Below are positions 50,248 through 59,311 of a stretch of 64,000 nt of DNA, in pieces. Both the position numbers and the translations under genes were made by a program. Within the stretch, counting starts at the first letter, position 1. Every line of letters starts with the position of its first letter. Origin of the DNA: Terriglobia bacterium (lineage in GTDB: Bacteria; Acidobacteriota; Terriglobia; 2-12-FULL-54-10). The stretch is taken from positions 1,760,001-1,824,000 of the forward strand of contig CAXVYR010000004.1 of the NCBI GenBank assembly GCA_963666975.2, written 5' to 3'. The notes beneath the pieces were generated by a model that worked only from the letters and a program-made list of their open reading frames with translations, was not told where the DNA came from and ran no database searches.

Positions 50248-52047
50248 TCACTCGCTGAGCTTCAGCACCGCCAGGAACGCTTCCTGGGGAATATCGACGC
50301 GCCCGACGCGCTTCATCCGCTTTTTGCCTTCCTTCTGTTTTTCCAGAAGTTTCCGTTTGCGGGAGATGTCGCCGCCGTAGCACTTGGCGATGACGTTTTT
50401 CCGTATGGCGGAGACGGTTTCCCGCGAGACGATCTTGCTGCCGATGGCGGCCTGCAAGCTGACCTCAAACATCTGCCGGGGGATCAGTTTTCGCAGCTTC
50501 GCGACCAGCGCCTTGCCGCGCGGATGCGCATGGTCCCGGTGCACAATGGTGCTGAGGGCGTCCACCGGATCGCCGGCCACCATGATGTCCAGCTTCACCA
50601 TCGGCGACTCCTGGTAGCCTTCCATGTGGTAGTCGAGCGATGCATATCCCCGGGAGGTGGTCTTCAGGCGGTCGTAAAAATCGAGCACCATTTCGTTCAG
50701 CGGCAGGATATAGGTCAGCACCACGCGGTTGGACGACAGGTACTCGAACGACTTCTGCACGCCGCGTTTTTCTTCGAGCAACGCCAAAATGCCGCCCAGG
50801 CTGTCATCGCGCGTCAGAATGGTGGCGGTGAGGATGGGCTCCTCCACGCGGGCGATCTCAACCGACGAAGGGAACCGCGCGGGGTTGTCCACCTCAATCA
50901 CCTCGCCGTCGGTCCGCGTCACCCGGTAGCGGACGCCCGGCGCGGTGGTGATCAGGCTCAGGTTGAACTCGCGCTCCAGGCGCTCCTGGACAATCTCCAT
51001 GTGCAGCATGCCGAGGAAGCCGCAGCGGAAGCCGAAGCCGAGCGCGACGGAACTCTCCGGCTCGTAGGATAAAGAGGAGTCGTTCAGGCGGAGTTTTTCC
51101 AGCGCATCGCGCAACGGCCCTTGATGGTCGGCGTCGGTCGGGTAGAGCCCGGCAAAGACCATCGGCTTGATCGCCTCGAAGCCGGCCAGCGGCTCGGTGG
51201 CGGGCCGCGCGTCCTCCGTAACGGTGTCGCCGATCTGCGTGTCGGAAACCTTCTTAATGTTGGCGACCAGATAGCCCACCTCGCCGGGCCCCAGCTCGCG
51301 GACAACCACGGGCTTGGGCGTGGAGATGCCCAGCGTCTCGGCGGTATAGACCTGGTTGTTGGACCACAGGCGGATGCGCATGCCTTGCCGCAGCGTGCCC
51401 TCGCGAACCCGCACCAGCACGATGACCCCGCGGTAGGGATCAAACCAGGAATCAAACAGCAGGGCTCGCAGAGGCGCGTCAGGAGAACCACCCGGCGGCG
51501 GAATGCGCTGCACGATAGCTTCCAGCAGCTCCTCGATTCCCTTTCCCTGTTTCGCGCTCACCAGCAAGGCGTTGTGCGCCTCCAGGCCGATGGCGCTTTC
51601 AATCTGCTGAATCACGCCTTCCGGATCGGCGCCGGGCAGATCGATTTTGTTGATGACGGGGATGATCTCGTGGTTGTGGTCCAGCGCCAGGTAGGTGTTG
51701 GCCAGCGTCTGCGCCTCCACGCCTTGCGAGGCGTCCACCACCAGCAGCGTTCCCTCGCAGGCGGCCAGGCTGCGCGAGACCTCGTAGGAAAAGTCCACGT
51801 GGCCGGGCGTGTCAATCAGATTCAGTTGGTATGTCTTCCCATCCCGCGCCTTGTAGAGAATCCGCACGGCATGGGCCTTGATGGTGATGCCGCGCTCCCG
51901 CTCGAGGTCCATGTCGTCGAGCACTTGGGCGCGAAGTTCCCGCACGCTCAAAGCGCCGGTCACCTCCAGCAGGCGGTCGGCGAGGGTGGACTTGCCGTGG
52001 TCGATGTGGGCCACGATGGAAAAGTTGCGGATGAATTTGGTGTCCAT
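50248..52047 (-). CDS. lepA: elongation factor 4
   Basis: [46 protein letters not shown]. Confidence 0.97.
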   Translation of the reverse strand: MDTKFIRNFSIVAHIDHGKSTLADRLLEVTGALSVRELRAQVLDDMDLERERGITIKAHAVRILYKARDGKTYQLNLIDTPGHVDFSYEVSRSLAACEGTLLVVDASQGVEAQTLANTYLALDHNHEIIPVINKIDLPGADPEGVIQQIESAIGLEAHNALLVSAKQGKGIEELLEAIVQRIPPPGGSPDAPLRALLFDSWFDPYRGVIVLVRVREGTLRQGMRIRLWSNNQVYTAETLGISTPKPVVVRELGPGEVGYLVANIKKVSDTQIGDTVTEDARPATEPLAGFEAIKPMVFAGLYPTDADHQGPLRDALEKLRLNDSSLSYEPESSVALGFGFRCGFLGMLHMEIVQERLEREFNLSLITTAPGVRYRVTRTDGEVIEVDNPARFPSSVEIARVEEPILTATILTRDDSLGGILALLEEKRGVQKSFEYLSSNRVVLTYILPLNEMVLDFYDRLKTTSRGYASLDYHMEGYQESPMVKLDIMVAGDPVDALSTIVHRDHAHPRGKALVAKLRKLIPRQMFEVSLQAAIGSKIVSRETVSAIRKNVIAKCYGGDISRKRKLLEKQKEGKKRMKRVGRVDIPQEAFLAVLKLSE

Positions 52048-52308
52048 AGCCTGAGCGTACGCAGGTCCGTGAGAACCGCGCGGGGATTCCTCAATTCGAT
52101 TTTGCGAGGAGCGGAAGGATGGGGCTTCCCTCTGCCGGCAATCCAGAACCGGCCGGCAGCAGGCACGATCCGTGCAAATGCGCGTGCCCCGCACCTCTAC
52201 ATCTATCAGACGCCAGGCAGGTTGTCAATTTGGGCGCTGTCTTTGAGAACGGTCTGGGGCATTGGGCCATCCGTTGAACTTCCCCGGTGAATCTTCCATA
52301 CTGAGTGT

Positions 52309-52765
52309 GGGTGAGCAGGCTGGGCGATCGCCTCGTCCCTTGCGGGCGGGGAGGAAAGTCCGGACTCCGCAGAGCAGTGTGCTGGCTAACGGCCAGGATT
52401 TGCCGGGCCTCTTTCGTTTCGGCGCGAGGGGTTGGGCAGGTACGGACAGTGCCACAGAAAATATACCGCCCTGTCGCAAGACGGGGTAAGGGTGAAAAGG
52501 TGCGGCTCCTTCGGGAGCTTAATGTAAGAGCGCACCGCCCGGACGGTGACGGCCGGGGCAGGGCAAACCCCACATGGAGCAAGACCAAATAGGAGAGGAG
52601 GAGTGGCTCGCTCCGCCCCACTCCGCCCGGCAACGGGCGGGGATCACTCTCGGGTAGGTCGCTAGAGCCCGGAAGTAATTCCGGGCCCAGACGAATGATC
52701 GCCATCCCGCTTCCTCGTTTCGGCGGGGGCGGGATACAGAATCCGGCTTACAGGCCTGTTCACCT
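52309..52765 (+). ncRNA. rnpB: RNase P RNA, type A
   Basis: GAGGAAAGTCCGGACT, AGTGCCACAGAAA, GGCAAACCCC, ACAGAATCCGGCTTA; P1 GGGTGAGCAGGC/GCCTGTTCACCT; promoter TTGAAC-17-CATACT. Confidence 0.96.
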
Positions 52766-52951
52766 ATTGAATGTTTTCTCTGGAGTTGGTCCATGCACGC
52801 TGGCTGAAGCCCGGAAGGACAATAAGCCAGCAGGCTTTACAGCCGGTTGGGCATTGCCCTTTTCCTCCAAGACCTTTCAGACGTGACTTGAGAAACCTAG
52901 AACTATGCCCCTCATCTTCCAATACGGGTCCAACCCCTTCCCCAGCGAATT

Positions 52952-53707
52952 ATGAACACTCAACTTCAACTTAGCGGCTTCCGGCGACTCCATGATTTCT
53001 TCCAATCACGGCTCCGACACCCTGATACCGACACGTTCAATCTTTTGAACACCAGCATTGGCGCTTGGCTGCGGTACTACGGTTTTTTGCAAATTGTTCG
53101 AGCGAGATATCAGCAGGCAACCGTGGAATTTGTCGAGGCGATGCAGCGCCAGTACGAGGCTAGGAAGTCAGAGCCCTCCGGATCGCGGCCAGTGACACCA
53201 GAAGAGTTAGCGGAAATGCAGCGCACAACCGAGATCGGGAATAGACTGCATTTGGAAATAGAGAGCTTTTATATTTTTGCGAACATTCTGCTCGACCGCA
53301 TCGCGTCGACCTTCAGGTTCTACTTCTGGAAAAAAAATCCACAATGGAACCACAGGCAGCTTACGAGCCACATGGAGAGAATCTGCACAAAAAAACAATT
53401 GACCGTTACGCCAAACTGCATCTTACAGATGCCAGCAGACCTCGAGAAGCAAATTGTCTCATACCGAAATACACGCATTGAGCATGTCGAAGAACCACGG
53501 CTTCAATTCGCTACCATGTGGAATTCAGACAAGAAAACAAAGATTTCTCCGATTTTCCTCTACCCGCAGCCAGGCGAGGCAGAATCGCAACAGAACCCAA
53601 CGGGAGACCTCGAAGAAATTCTGCGGCTACTTGATAGCTACGTAGTCGCAATGCTCGACTTTTTCGACGCCAACGCCGACAAGTCAATCCTGCCATCAAA
53701 TCCTTGA
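52952..53707 (+). CDS. hypothetical protein, HEPN-like
   Basis: ESFYIFANILLD and RNTRIEH (Rx5H); visibly more AT-rich than flanking genes. Confidence 0.55.
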   Translation: MNTQLQLSGFRRLHDFFQSRLRHPDTDTFNLLNTSIGAWLRYYGFLQIVRARYQQATVEFVEAMQRQYEARKSEPSGSRPVTPEELAEMQRTTEIGNRLHLEIESFYIFANILLDRIASTFRFYFWKKNPQWNHRQLTSHMERICTKKQLTVTPNCILQMPADLEKQIVSYRNTRIEHVEEPRLQFATMWNSDKKTKISPIFLYPQPGEAESQQNPTGDLEEILRLLDSYVVAMLDFFDANADKSILPSNP

Positions 53708-53753
53708 CACCCCTCCGCCATTGCCAGCAACCCACACGACACGCTCAACTCCA

Positions 53754-53815
53754 CCCCCTACCATCTCCGGCATCAGGGCGGCGGGCTCGCCCAGGTTCCT
53801 AAGTTCCGCTTAGCT
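53754..53815. repeat. direct repeat, left border of the mutagenesis cassette
   Basis: CCATCTCCGGCATCAG..CGGGCTCGCCCAGGTT..AAGTTCC recurs at 56601-56668. Confidence 0.85.
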
Positions 53816-53835
53816 ATCATGGAATATTGGGAACG

Positions 53836-54516
53836 TTAGGGAACGTCGGCAACGGGTTTTATGATGTCGGGGATGTCGACCGATGCGCGGTTCACAGCCC
53901 TCGACACTTCATACGCATGCATAGCCAGGGCTGGCGCAGCCTCCAGCAGCGCAATGAAATCTCGCGATGTTCCCTTGTTGGCCAGCCATGCCTGTTCCCT
54001 CTCCTCATCCAATATCACAGGCATTCGCGAATGGATGGGTTGCATCAGTGCATTGGCCGCCGTGGTGATAATGGCAAAATGCGGCGCCGGACCTCCCTTT
54101 CCCTCTTCCTCTTCTGGACTTTCCTGCCAAATCCCGGCAAAGGCGAACAGTTTTCCATCCTTCCGAGTGATTCGGAACGGAACCTTTTTCCCGCCGGGCA
54201 GAGTCTTCCACTCGTAAAAACCGTCTGCCGGGACCAGGCACCGGCGCTTCTCCAGGTCCGCCCGGAAGGTATGTTTATCGCGCAGCGTCTCAAACCGGAC
54301 GTTGATCAACCCGCTCTTTTTGGCGACCTTGGCAAGCCATTCGGGTTTGATCCCCCAGGGAGTCAAGACGATCTTGCCCGCATCGGCATTGAGGATGACC
54401 GGCAGCTTTTGTGATGGGGCGGCGTTGTAGCGGGGCTTCATCGGCTCCGTAAACGCCGCCCGAAAGCGCTCCTCGACCTCCGTGGACTCCACCGCAATGG
54501 AATAGCGTCCGCACAT
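53836..54516 (-). CDS. SOS response-associated peptidase (SRAP/YedK/HMCES family)
   Basis: MCGRY, RYNAAP, RCLVPADGFYEW, FAGIW, IHSRMPVIL. Confidence 0.93.
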   Translation of the reverse strand: MCGRYSIAVESTEVEERFRAAFTEPMKPRYNAAPSQKLPVILNADAGKIVLTPWGIKPEWLAKVAKKSGLINVRFETLRDKHTFRADLEKRRCLVPADGFYEWKTLPGGKKVPFRITRKDGKLFAFAGIWQESPEEEEGKGGPAPHFAIITTAANALMQPIHSRMPVILDEEREQAWLANKGTSRDFIALLEAAPALAMHAYEVSRAVNRASVDIPDIIKPVADVP

Positions 54517-54559
54517 GGCCCCATCCTACCATCGCCCCGGCGTGATCCGCAGGTAGGTA

Positions 54560-54589
54560 TTGACAAGTGAACGTTCGTTCACCTATACT
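54560..54589 (+). promoter_or_regulatory. sigma70 promoter with GAAC-N4-GTTC SOS box in the spacer
   Basis: TTGACA-18-TATACT enclosing GTGAAC-GTTC-GTTCAC (54567-54582). Confidence 0.8.
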
Positions 54590-54602
54590 GCCTACGAGAA
54601 CT

Positions 54603-55175
54603 ATGCCACCGCTTGAGGCCTGCAAAGAGAAGCTCCTGAAGTTCTACCGCCGTCACCGGCGCATGCCTTCCTATGCCGAGATCATGGAGCTGGCGGGATT
54701 CAAGTCTAAAAATGCGGCCTATAAGCTGGTTGGGAAACTGATCGAGCTGGGCGTTGTGGCCAAGGACGCCAAAGGGCGTCTGGTTCCAAAGCGGCTGGAG
54801 TCGGCGATTCCGGTGCTCGGCGTGGTGGAGGCCGGCTGGCCCTCTCCCGCCGAGGAAGAGCTTCTGGACACCCTGACGCTCGACGACTACCTCATCCGGA
54901 ACAAGGAAGCGACCTACCTGCTGCAGGTGAAGGGAGACTCCATGACCGAGGCCGGCATCCTGCCCGGCGACCAGGTGCTGGTGGAGCGCGGAGCGGAGCC
55001 CAAAGACGGCGACATTGTCATCGCGGAGGTGGACGGCGCCTGGACGATGAAGTTTTTCCGCAAGCGCGGCGGCAAGGTTATCCTGACGCCCGGCAATCAG
55101 AAGTACCAGCCGATCACGCCGAAACACGAGCTGCGCATCGCTGCCGTCGTCAAAGCCGTAATCAGAAAATACTAG
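54603..55175 (+). CDS. lexA: LexA-family repressor/peptidase S24
   Basis: wHTH MPSYAEI, VEAG cleavage site, VKGDSM, TMK. Confidence 0.82.
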   Translation: MPPLEACKEKLLKFYRRHRRMPSYAEIMELAGFKSKNAAYKLVGKLIELGVVAKDAKGRLVPKRLESAIPVLGVVEAGWPSPAEEELLDTLTLDDYLIRNKEATYLLQVKGDSMTEAGILPGDQVLVERGAEPKDGDIVIAEVDGAWTMKFFRKRGGKVILTPGNQKYQPITPKHELRIAAVVKAVIRKY

Positions 55176-55203
55176 CCGTGGCGCTCCGGTACAGCAACGC
55201 ACT

Positions 55204-56526
55204 ATGCAAATGCGCGACACTCCGCTTTCCATCCACGGCTTCCCGCGCGCCATCCTGCACATTGATGGCGACGCGTTTTTTGCGTCCTGCGAGCAGGCGG
55301 GCAACCCGGCTTTGCGAGGCAAGCCGGTCATCACCGGCAAGGAGCGTGGGATTGTCGCCTCGATGAGCTACGAGGCCAAGGCCAGGGGCGTAACGCGCGC
55401 CATGCGCCTGTTCGAGGTCAAAAAACTCTGCCCCGACGCCGTCATGCTCCCATCCGACTACGAGACCTACAGCCTGCTCTCCAAGCGTTTCTTCTCGATT
55501 GTGCGGCGGTACACGCCGGAGGTGGAAGAGTACGGCATCGACGAATGCTTCGCCGACCTGACGGGCCTGCGAAGAACCCTGCGCATGAACTACCTGGAGA
55601 TTGCGCGCCGCATTAAGCGTGATCTCGACACGGAGTTGGGCTTCACCTTCTCGGCTGGTCTCGCGCCAAACAAAGTCGTCGCCAAGATCGGCTCCAAGTG
55701 GAAGAAACCTTCCGGGCTGACGGCGATCATGGCGCGGGACATTCATGTTTACCTCAAAGCGCTGCCGGTTGAAAAAGTGTGGGGCATCGGGCCGCAGACG
55801 GCCGCATATTTCCAAAAGCAGGGCATAAGGACCGCGCTCGATTTCGCACGCCGCGAGGAGGAATGGGTGAGAGCACATCTCAGCAAGCCCTTCTGCGAGA
55901 TATGGCAGGAACTGCGCGGGGAATTTGTGATTCCGCTGGAAACTTCGGAAAAGACCACCTATGCCAGCATTCAGAAAGCGAAAACTTTCACCCCGCCTTC
56001 CGGCGACAGGGAGTTTGTGCTGGCGCAGTTGTCGAAAAACATCGAAAACGCCACCATGAAAGCCCGCCGCTACCGGCTGGCCGCGAAGGGCGCGGTGATC
56101 TTTATCAAGACGCAAGATTTCCGAAGCGTGGGCATGGAGGTCCGCCTCTCCCGACCGACGGCCTTCCCGAATGATATTCTCCGCGCCGTCACGCCAGCAT
56201 TTGACGAACTCTTCAACCCAAAAATGGAGTACCGTCAGACGGGTGTTGTACTAGTCGGGCTTGAGGAGGACCGTACAGTGCAACTTGATCTGTTTGGAGC
56301 GGTACTGAGGGCAGAACAAATGCGGCGGCTCTACGGCAGTGTGGATGAGGTGCGCAGGAAGTATGGGAAGCACGCGGTGCATCTTGGCTCCAGTTTCCTG
56401 GCAAACCAATTCGCTCAACATTTAGGCGAGCGCGGCGACGTTCCGAAACGGAAAGAGACGCTGTTCAAGGGAGAAAGCGAACGTAAACGACTAGGTATTG
56501 CCATGTTCTTCGCAGATGTGCAGTAG
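55204..56526 (+). CDS. dinB: Y-family DNA polymerase IV
   Basis: HIDGDAFFASCE, SYEAK, YGIDE, KKPSG, VWGIG, QLDLF clamp-binding motif. Confidence 0.9.
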   Translation: MQMRDTPLSIHGFPRAILHIDGDAFFASCEQAGNPALRGKPVITGKERGIVASMSYEAKARGVTRAMRLFEVKKLCPDAVMLPSDYETYSLLSKRFFSIVRRYTPEVEEYGIDECFADLTGLRRTLRMNYLEIARRIKRDLDTELGFTFSAGLAPNKVVAKIGSKWKKPSGLTAIMARDIHVYLKALPVEKVWGIGPQTAAYFQKQGIRTALDFARREEEWVRAHLSKPFCEIWQELRGEFVIPLETSEKTTYASIQKAKTFTPPSGDREFVLAQLSKNIENATMKARRYRLAAKGAVIFIKTQDFRSVGMEVRLSRPTAFPNDILRAVTPAFDELFNPKMEYRQTGVVLVGLEEDRTVQLDLFGAVLRAEQMRRLYGSVDEVRRKYGKHAVHLGSSFLANQFAQHLGERGDVPKRKETLFKGESERKRLGIAMFFADVQ

Positions 56527-56600
56527 GGGCGAAGTAACCAACGCCTAGCCCAGCATCCCCGAAATCGGGCCAATTCCCACAGCGTCAAATTGACGGCAAC

Positions 56601-56668
56601 CCCCCTACTCCATCTCCGGCATCAGCGTGACGGGCTCGCCCAGGTTGCAATGAAGTTCCAATTAAGCT
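56601..56668. repeat. direct repeat, right border of the mutagenesis cassette
   Basis: Matches 53754-53815 with small indels. Confidence 0.85.
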
Positions 56669-56869
56669 CCACTGCGCCCAGCGCAGGTTCATACCGGAGA
56701 GCGAAAGCCGCTAGGAGTAGCACTCCTGCACGGAAATGCCCGGTGCGAGGCCGCCCGCCAAAGCAAAAGGATATTTTATTCTTGAAACAATTTTTCTGAA
56801 TAGACTCATGCTGCGGGGATTTGCGCAGCATGGCCTATTCACTTGTTTCCCTATGTGCCTGCCTCGTGT

Positions 56870-57481
56870 CTACTTGCCTGAGGTAAAGCGCTTTTCCGCT
56901 TCGCTCCAGTTGACGACTTTCCACCAGGCTTCAACGTACTCATTTCTCCGGTTCTGATATTTCAAGTAGTAGGCATGTTCCCAAACGTCCAGGCCCAAAA
57001 CGGGGAAATGACCCTCCATCTGAGGGCTGTCCTGATTCGCCGTCGATGTGATCTCAAGTTTACCGGACTTGTTCTGCAGCAGCCACGCCCACCCCGAGCC
57101 GAAGCGGCCCATCGCGGCGGCGGCGAATTTCTCTTTGAATTGGTCAAAACCGCCGAAGGCGCTCTTGATGGCCTCGGCCAGCTTTCCGCCGGGCTGCCCG
57201 CCGGCCTTGGGTCCCATGATGGTCCAGAAAATGGCGTGGTTCATGTAGCCGCCGCCATTGTTGCGGACCGCAGTCCGGATGTTTTCGGGAACCGCTTTAC
57301 AATTATCGGCCAGCAGTTGCTCGATGCTCTGGTTGGCCAGGTTGGCCGACTCCAGGGCCTTGTTCAGGTTCGTGATGTAGGCATTGTGGTGCTTGCCGTG
57401 ATGGATTTCCATCGTGGTCTTGTCGATATACGGCTCCAGGGCATCGTGCGCGTACGGGAGCTGCGGAAGTGAAAACGCCAT
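56870..57481 (-). CDS. sodA: superoxide dismutase (Mn-type signature)
   Basis: [27 protein letters not shown]. Confidence 0.92.
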   Translation of the reverse strand: MAFSLPQLPYAHDALEPYIDKTTMEIHHGKHHNAYITNLNKALESANLANQSIEQLLADNCKAVPENIRTAVRNNGGGYMNHAIFWTIMGPKAGGQPGGKLAEAIKSAFGGFDQFKEKFAAAAMGRFGSGWAWLLQNKSGKLEITSTANQDSPQMEGHFPVLGLDVWEHAYYLKYQNRRNEYVEAWWKVVNWSEAEKRFTSGK

Positions 57482-57723
57482 AGATCCTCCTCATTGCAAT
57501 TTAGACTTTCTGACTTTCTGACTTTCTGAAAGATATGCCGGAAATGGAAAACAGCTATTCTATAATAAATCGTTGCGAACTGGCCTCATGATTCCAGGCA
57601 GGTGCGCTGAACCGGCGTGGAAAGGTTCCAAACGGCGGGTCTGTGCGGGTGTGGCCGTCTGGAAAGCAAGGGAGGGACGCACGGAAGGAAACAGCTACAG
57701 CGCGGAGGAGCCTGTTGGATGCC

Positions 57724-58488
57724 ATGAATCGCAAGACCCCTGCATTTTTGATCTCTAAAGAAAAATATGATGCCATCCTGTTCGACCTGGACGGCGTGAT
57801 CACAAAAACGGCGAAGACCCACGCCGCGGCGTGGAAGGCGCTGTTTGACGAATATCTGAAAGAATGCGCCGACCGCAGCGGGGAGCCGTTCCGGCTTTTC
57901 GATGCGGAAAAAGACTACCTGCAATACGTGGACGGAAAACCCCGCTACGAAGGCGTCAAAAGCTTTCTGGAATCTCGCGGCATCCAGCTTCCTTTTGGCA
58001 CTCCGCAGGACACTACGGATCAGGAGACCGTATGCGGGCTGGGGAACCGCAAGAACCGCCTGCTGGTGGAGCAACTGAAAAAGCACCGTGTGGAGGTCTT
58101 CGACTCCTCCATCGAACTCATTCGCGAGCTGCAATCGAAGGGCTTCCAAACGGCAGTGGTCTCCTCCAGCAAGAACTGCGCGGAGGTTCTGAAGTCGGCG
58201 GGTTTCCCCGGCCTGTTCGGCGTCCAGGTCGACGGCAACGACGCGGAGCGGCTGGGTCTGGAAGGCAAGCCCGCGCCCGGAACCTTTCTGGAAGCGGCAC
58301 GGCAGCTTGGCGTGGACCCGGCGCGCGCCATCGTCGTGGAAGACGCCATTGTGGGGGTCCAGGCGGGGAGGCGAGGGAACTTTGGCGGCGTCATTGGAGT
58401 GGATAGAACGGGCCAGGCCGCTGCCTTACAGGCGAATGGAGCGGATGTCGTGGTGAGTGATCTTTCGGAGGTTGCTTGTGAGCAATGA
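57724..58488 (+). CDS. beta-phosphoglucomutase-family HAD hydrolase
   Basis: FDLDGVIT, VDGKPRYEG, SSSKN, GKPAP, VEDA. Confidence 0.88.
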   Translation: MNRKTPAFLISKEKYDAILFDLDGVITKTAKTHAAAWKALFDEYLKECADRSGEPFRLFDAEKDYLQYVDGKPRYEGVKSFLESRGIQLPFGTPQDTTDQETVCGLGNRKNRLLVEQLKKHRVEVFDSSIELIRELQSKGFQTAVVSSSKNCAEVLKSAGFPGLFGVQVDGNDAERLGLEGKPAPGTFLEAARQLGVDPARAIVVEDAIVGVQAGRRGNFGGVIGVDRTGQAAALQANGADVVVSDLSEVACEQ

Positions 58489-59311
58489 AAAAGCTGCCGC
58501 CGAAGTCAGCGCCCAGACGCTACCCTCGGCATTGGAGCGTATCGAAGAGCTGCAACAACTCGCGCGGGGCAAGCGCTTCGCCGTCTTTCTCGATTATGAC
58601 GGCACGCTGACGCCGATCGTCGCCCGCCCGGAACTGGCGGTTCTTTCCGACCAGACGCGCCAGACTGTAATCGAGCTGGCCAGCCGCTGCACCGTGGCGG
58701 TCATCAGCGGCAGGGACCTGCGGGATGTGCGGAAGCTGATCGGGATTGACGGAATCTTTTACGCCGGAAGCCACGGTTTCGACATCGAAGGGCCGGAAGG
58801 CAAGGTGCAGGGGGCGAAGCAGGGAACCGATTTCCTCCCCGTGCTCGACCGCGCCGAGCAGGAACTCCGGGACCGTCTGACCTGGATCGCCGGTTCTCTT
58901 ATCGAGCGGAAGAAGTTCTCCATTGCAATCCATTACCGCCAGGTTCAGGAAAATGAGGCCGGAGCGGTGGAGGAGGCCGTCGATCAGGTGCTGGCGCTCC
59001 ATCCGGAGCTGCGCAAGACATACGGCAAGAAAGTGTATGAACTGCAGCCGAAGATCGATTGGCACAAGGGAAAGGCTTTGCTTTGGCTGATGGAGGCGCT
59101 GCATCTGCCCGAATCGGAAGTCCTGCCGATGTATATCGGCGATGACGTTACCGACGAGGATGCCTTTCGGGCGCTGCTGGACCGCGGCGCCGGCATCGTT
59201 GTCCGGGACACCCCGCGGCAAACGGTGGCGCGGTATGCGCTCGAGGATACCGACGATGTGCGGCGGTTTCTCCATGCGCTCACTTCCATACTGGACGGAG
59301 GGAAACGGTGA
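58478..59311 (+). CDS. otsB: trehalose-6-phosphate phosphatase
   Basis: FLDYDGTL, ISGRD, GSHG, HYR, WHKG, GDDVTDEDAF. Confidence 0.9.
   Translation: MSNEKAAAEVSAQTLPSALERIEELQQLARGKRFAVFLDYDGTLTPIVARPELAVLSDQTRQTVIELASRCTVAVISGRDLRDVRKLIGIDGIFYAGSHGFDIEGPEGKVQGAKQGTDFLPVLDRAEQELRDRLTWIAGSLIERKKFSIAIHYRQVQENEAGAVEEAVDQVLALHPELRKTYGKKVYELQPKIDWHKGKALLWLMEALHLPESEVLPMYIGDDVTDEDAFRALLDRGAGIVVRDTPRQTVARYALEDTDDVRRFLHALTSILDGGKR

Noticed and set aside
53754-56668. Integron attC interpretation of the flanking repeats
   Set aside because: No RYYYAAC/GTTRRRY palindromic structure; the tyrosine recombinase in the window looks like XerD, not IntI
57503-57528. GACTTTCT x3 upstream of sodA
   Set aside because: Short microsatellite with no supportable function
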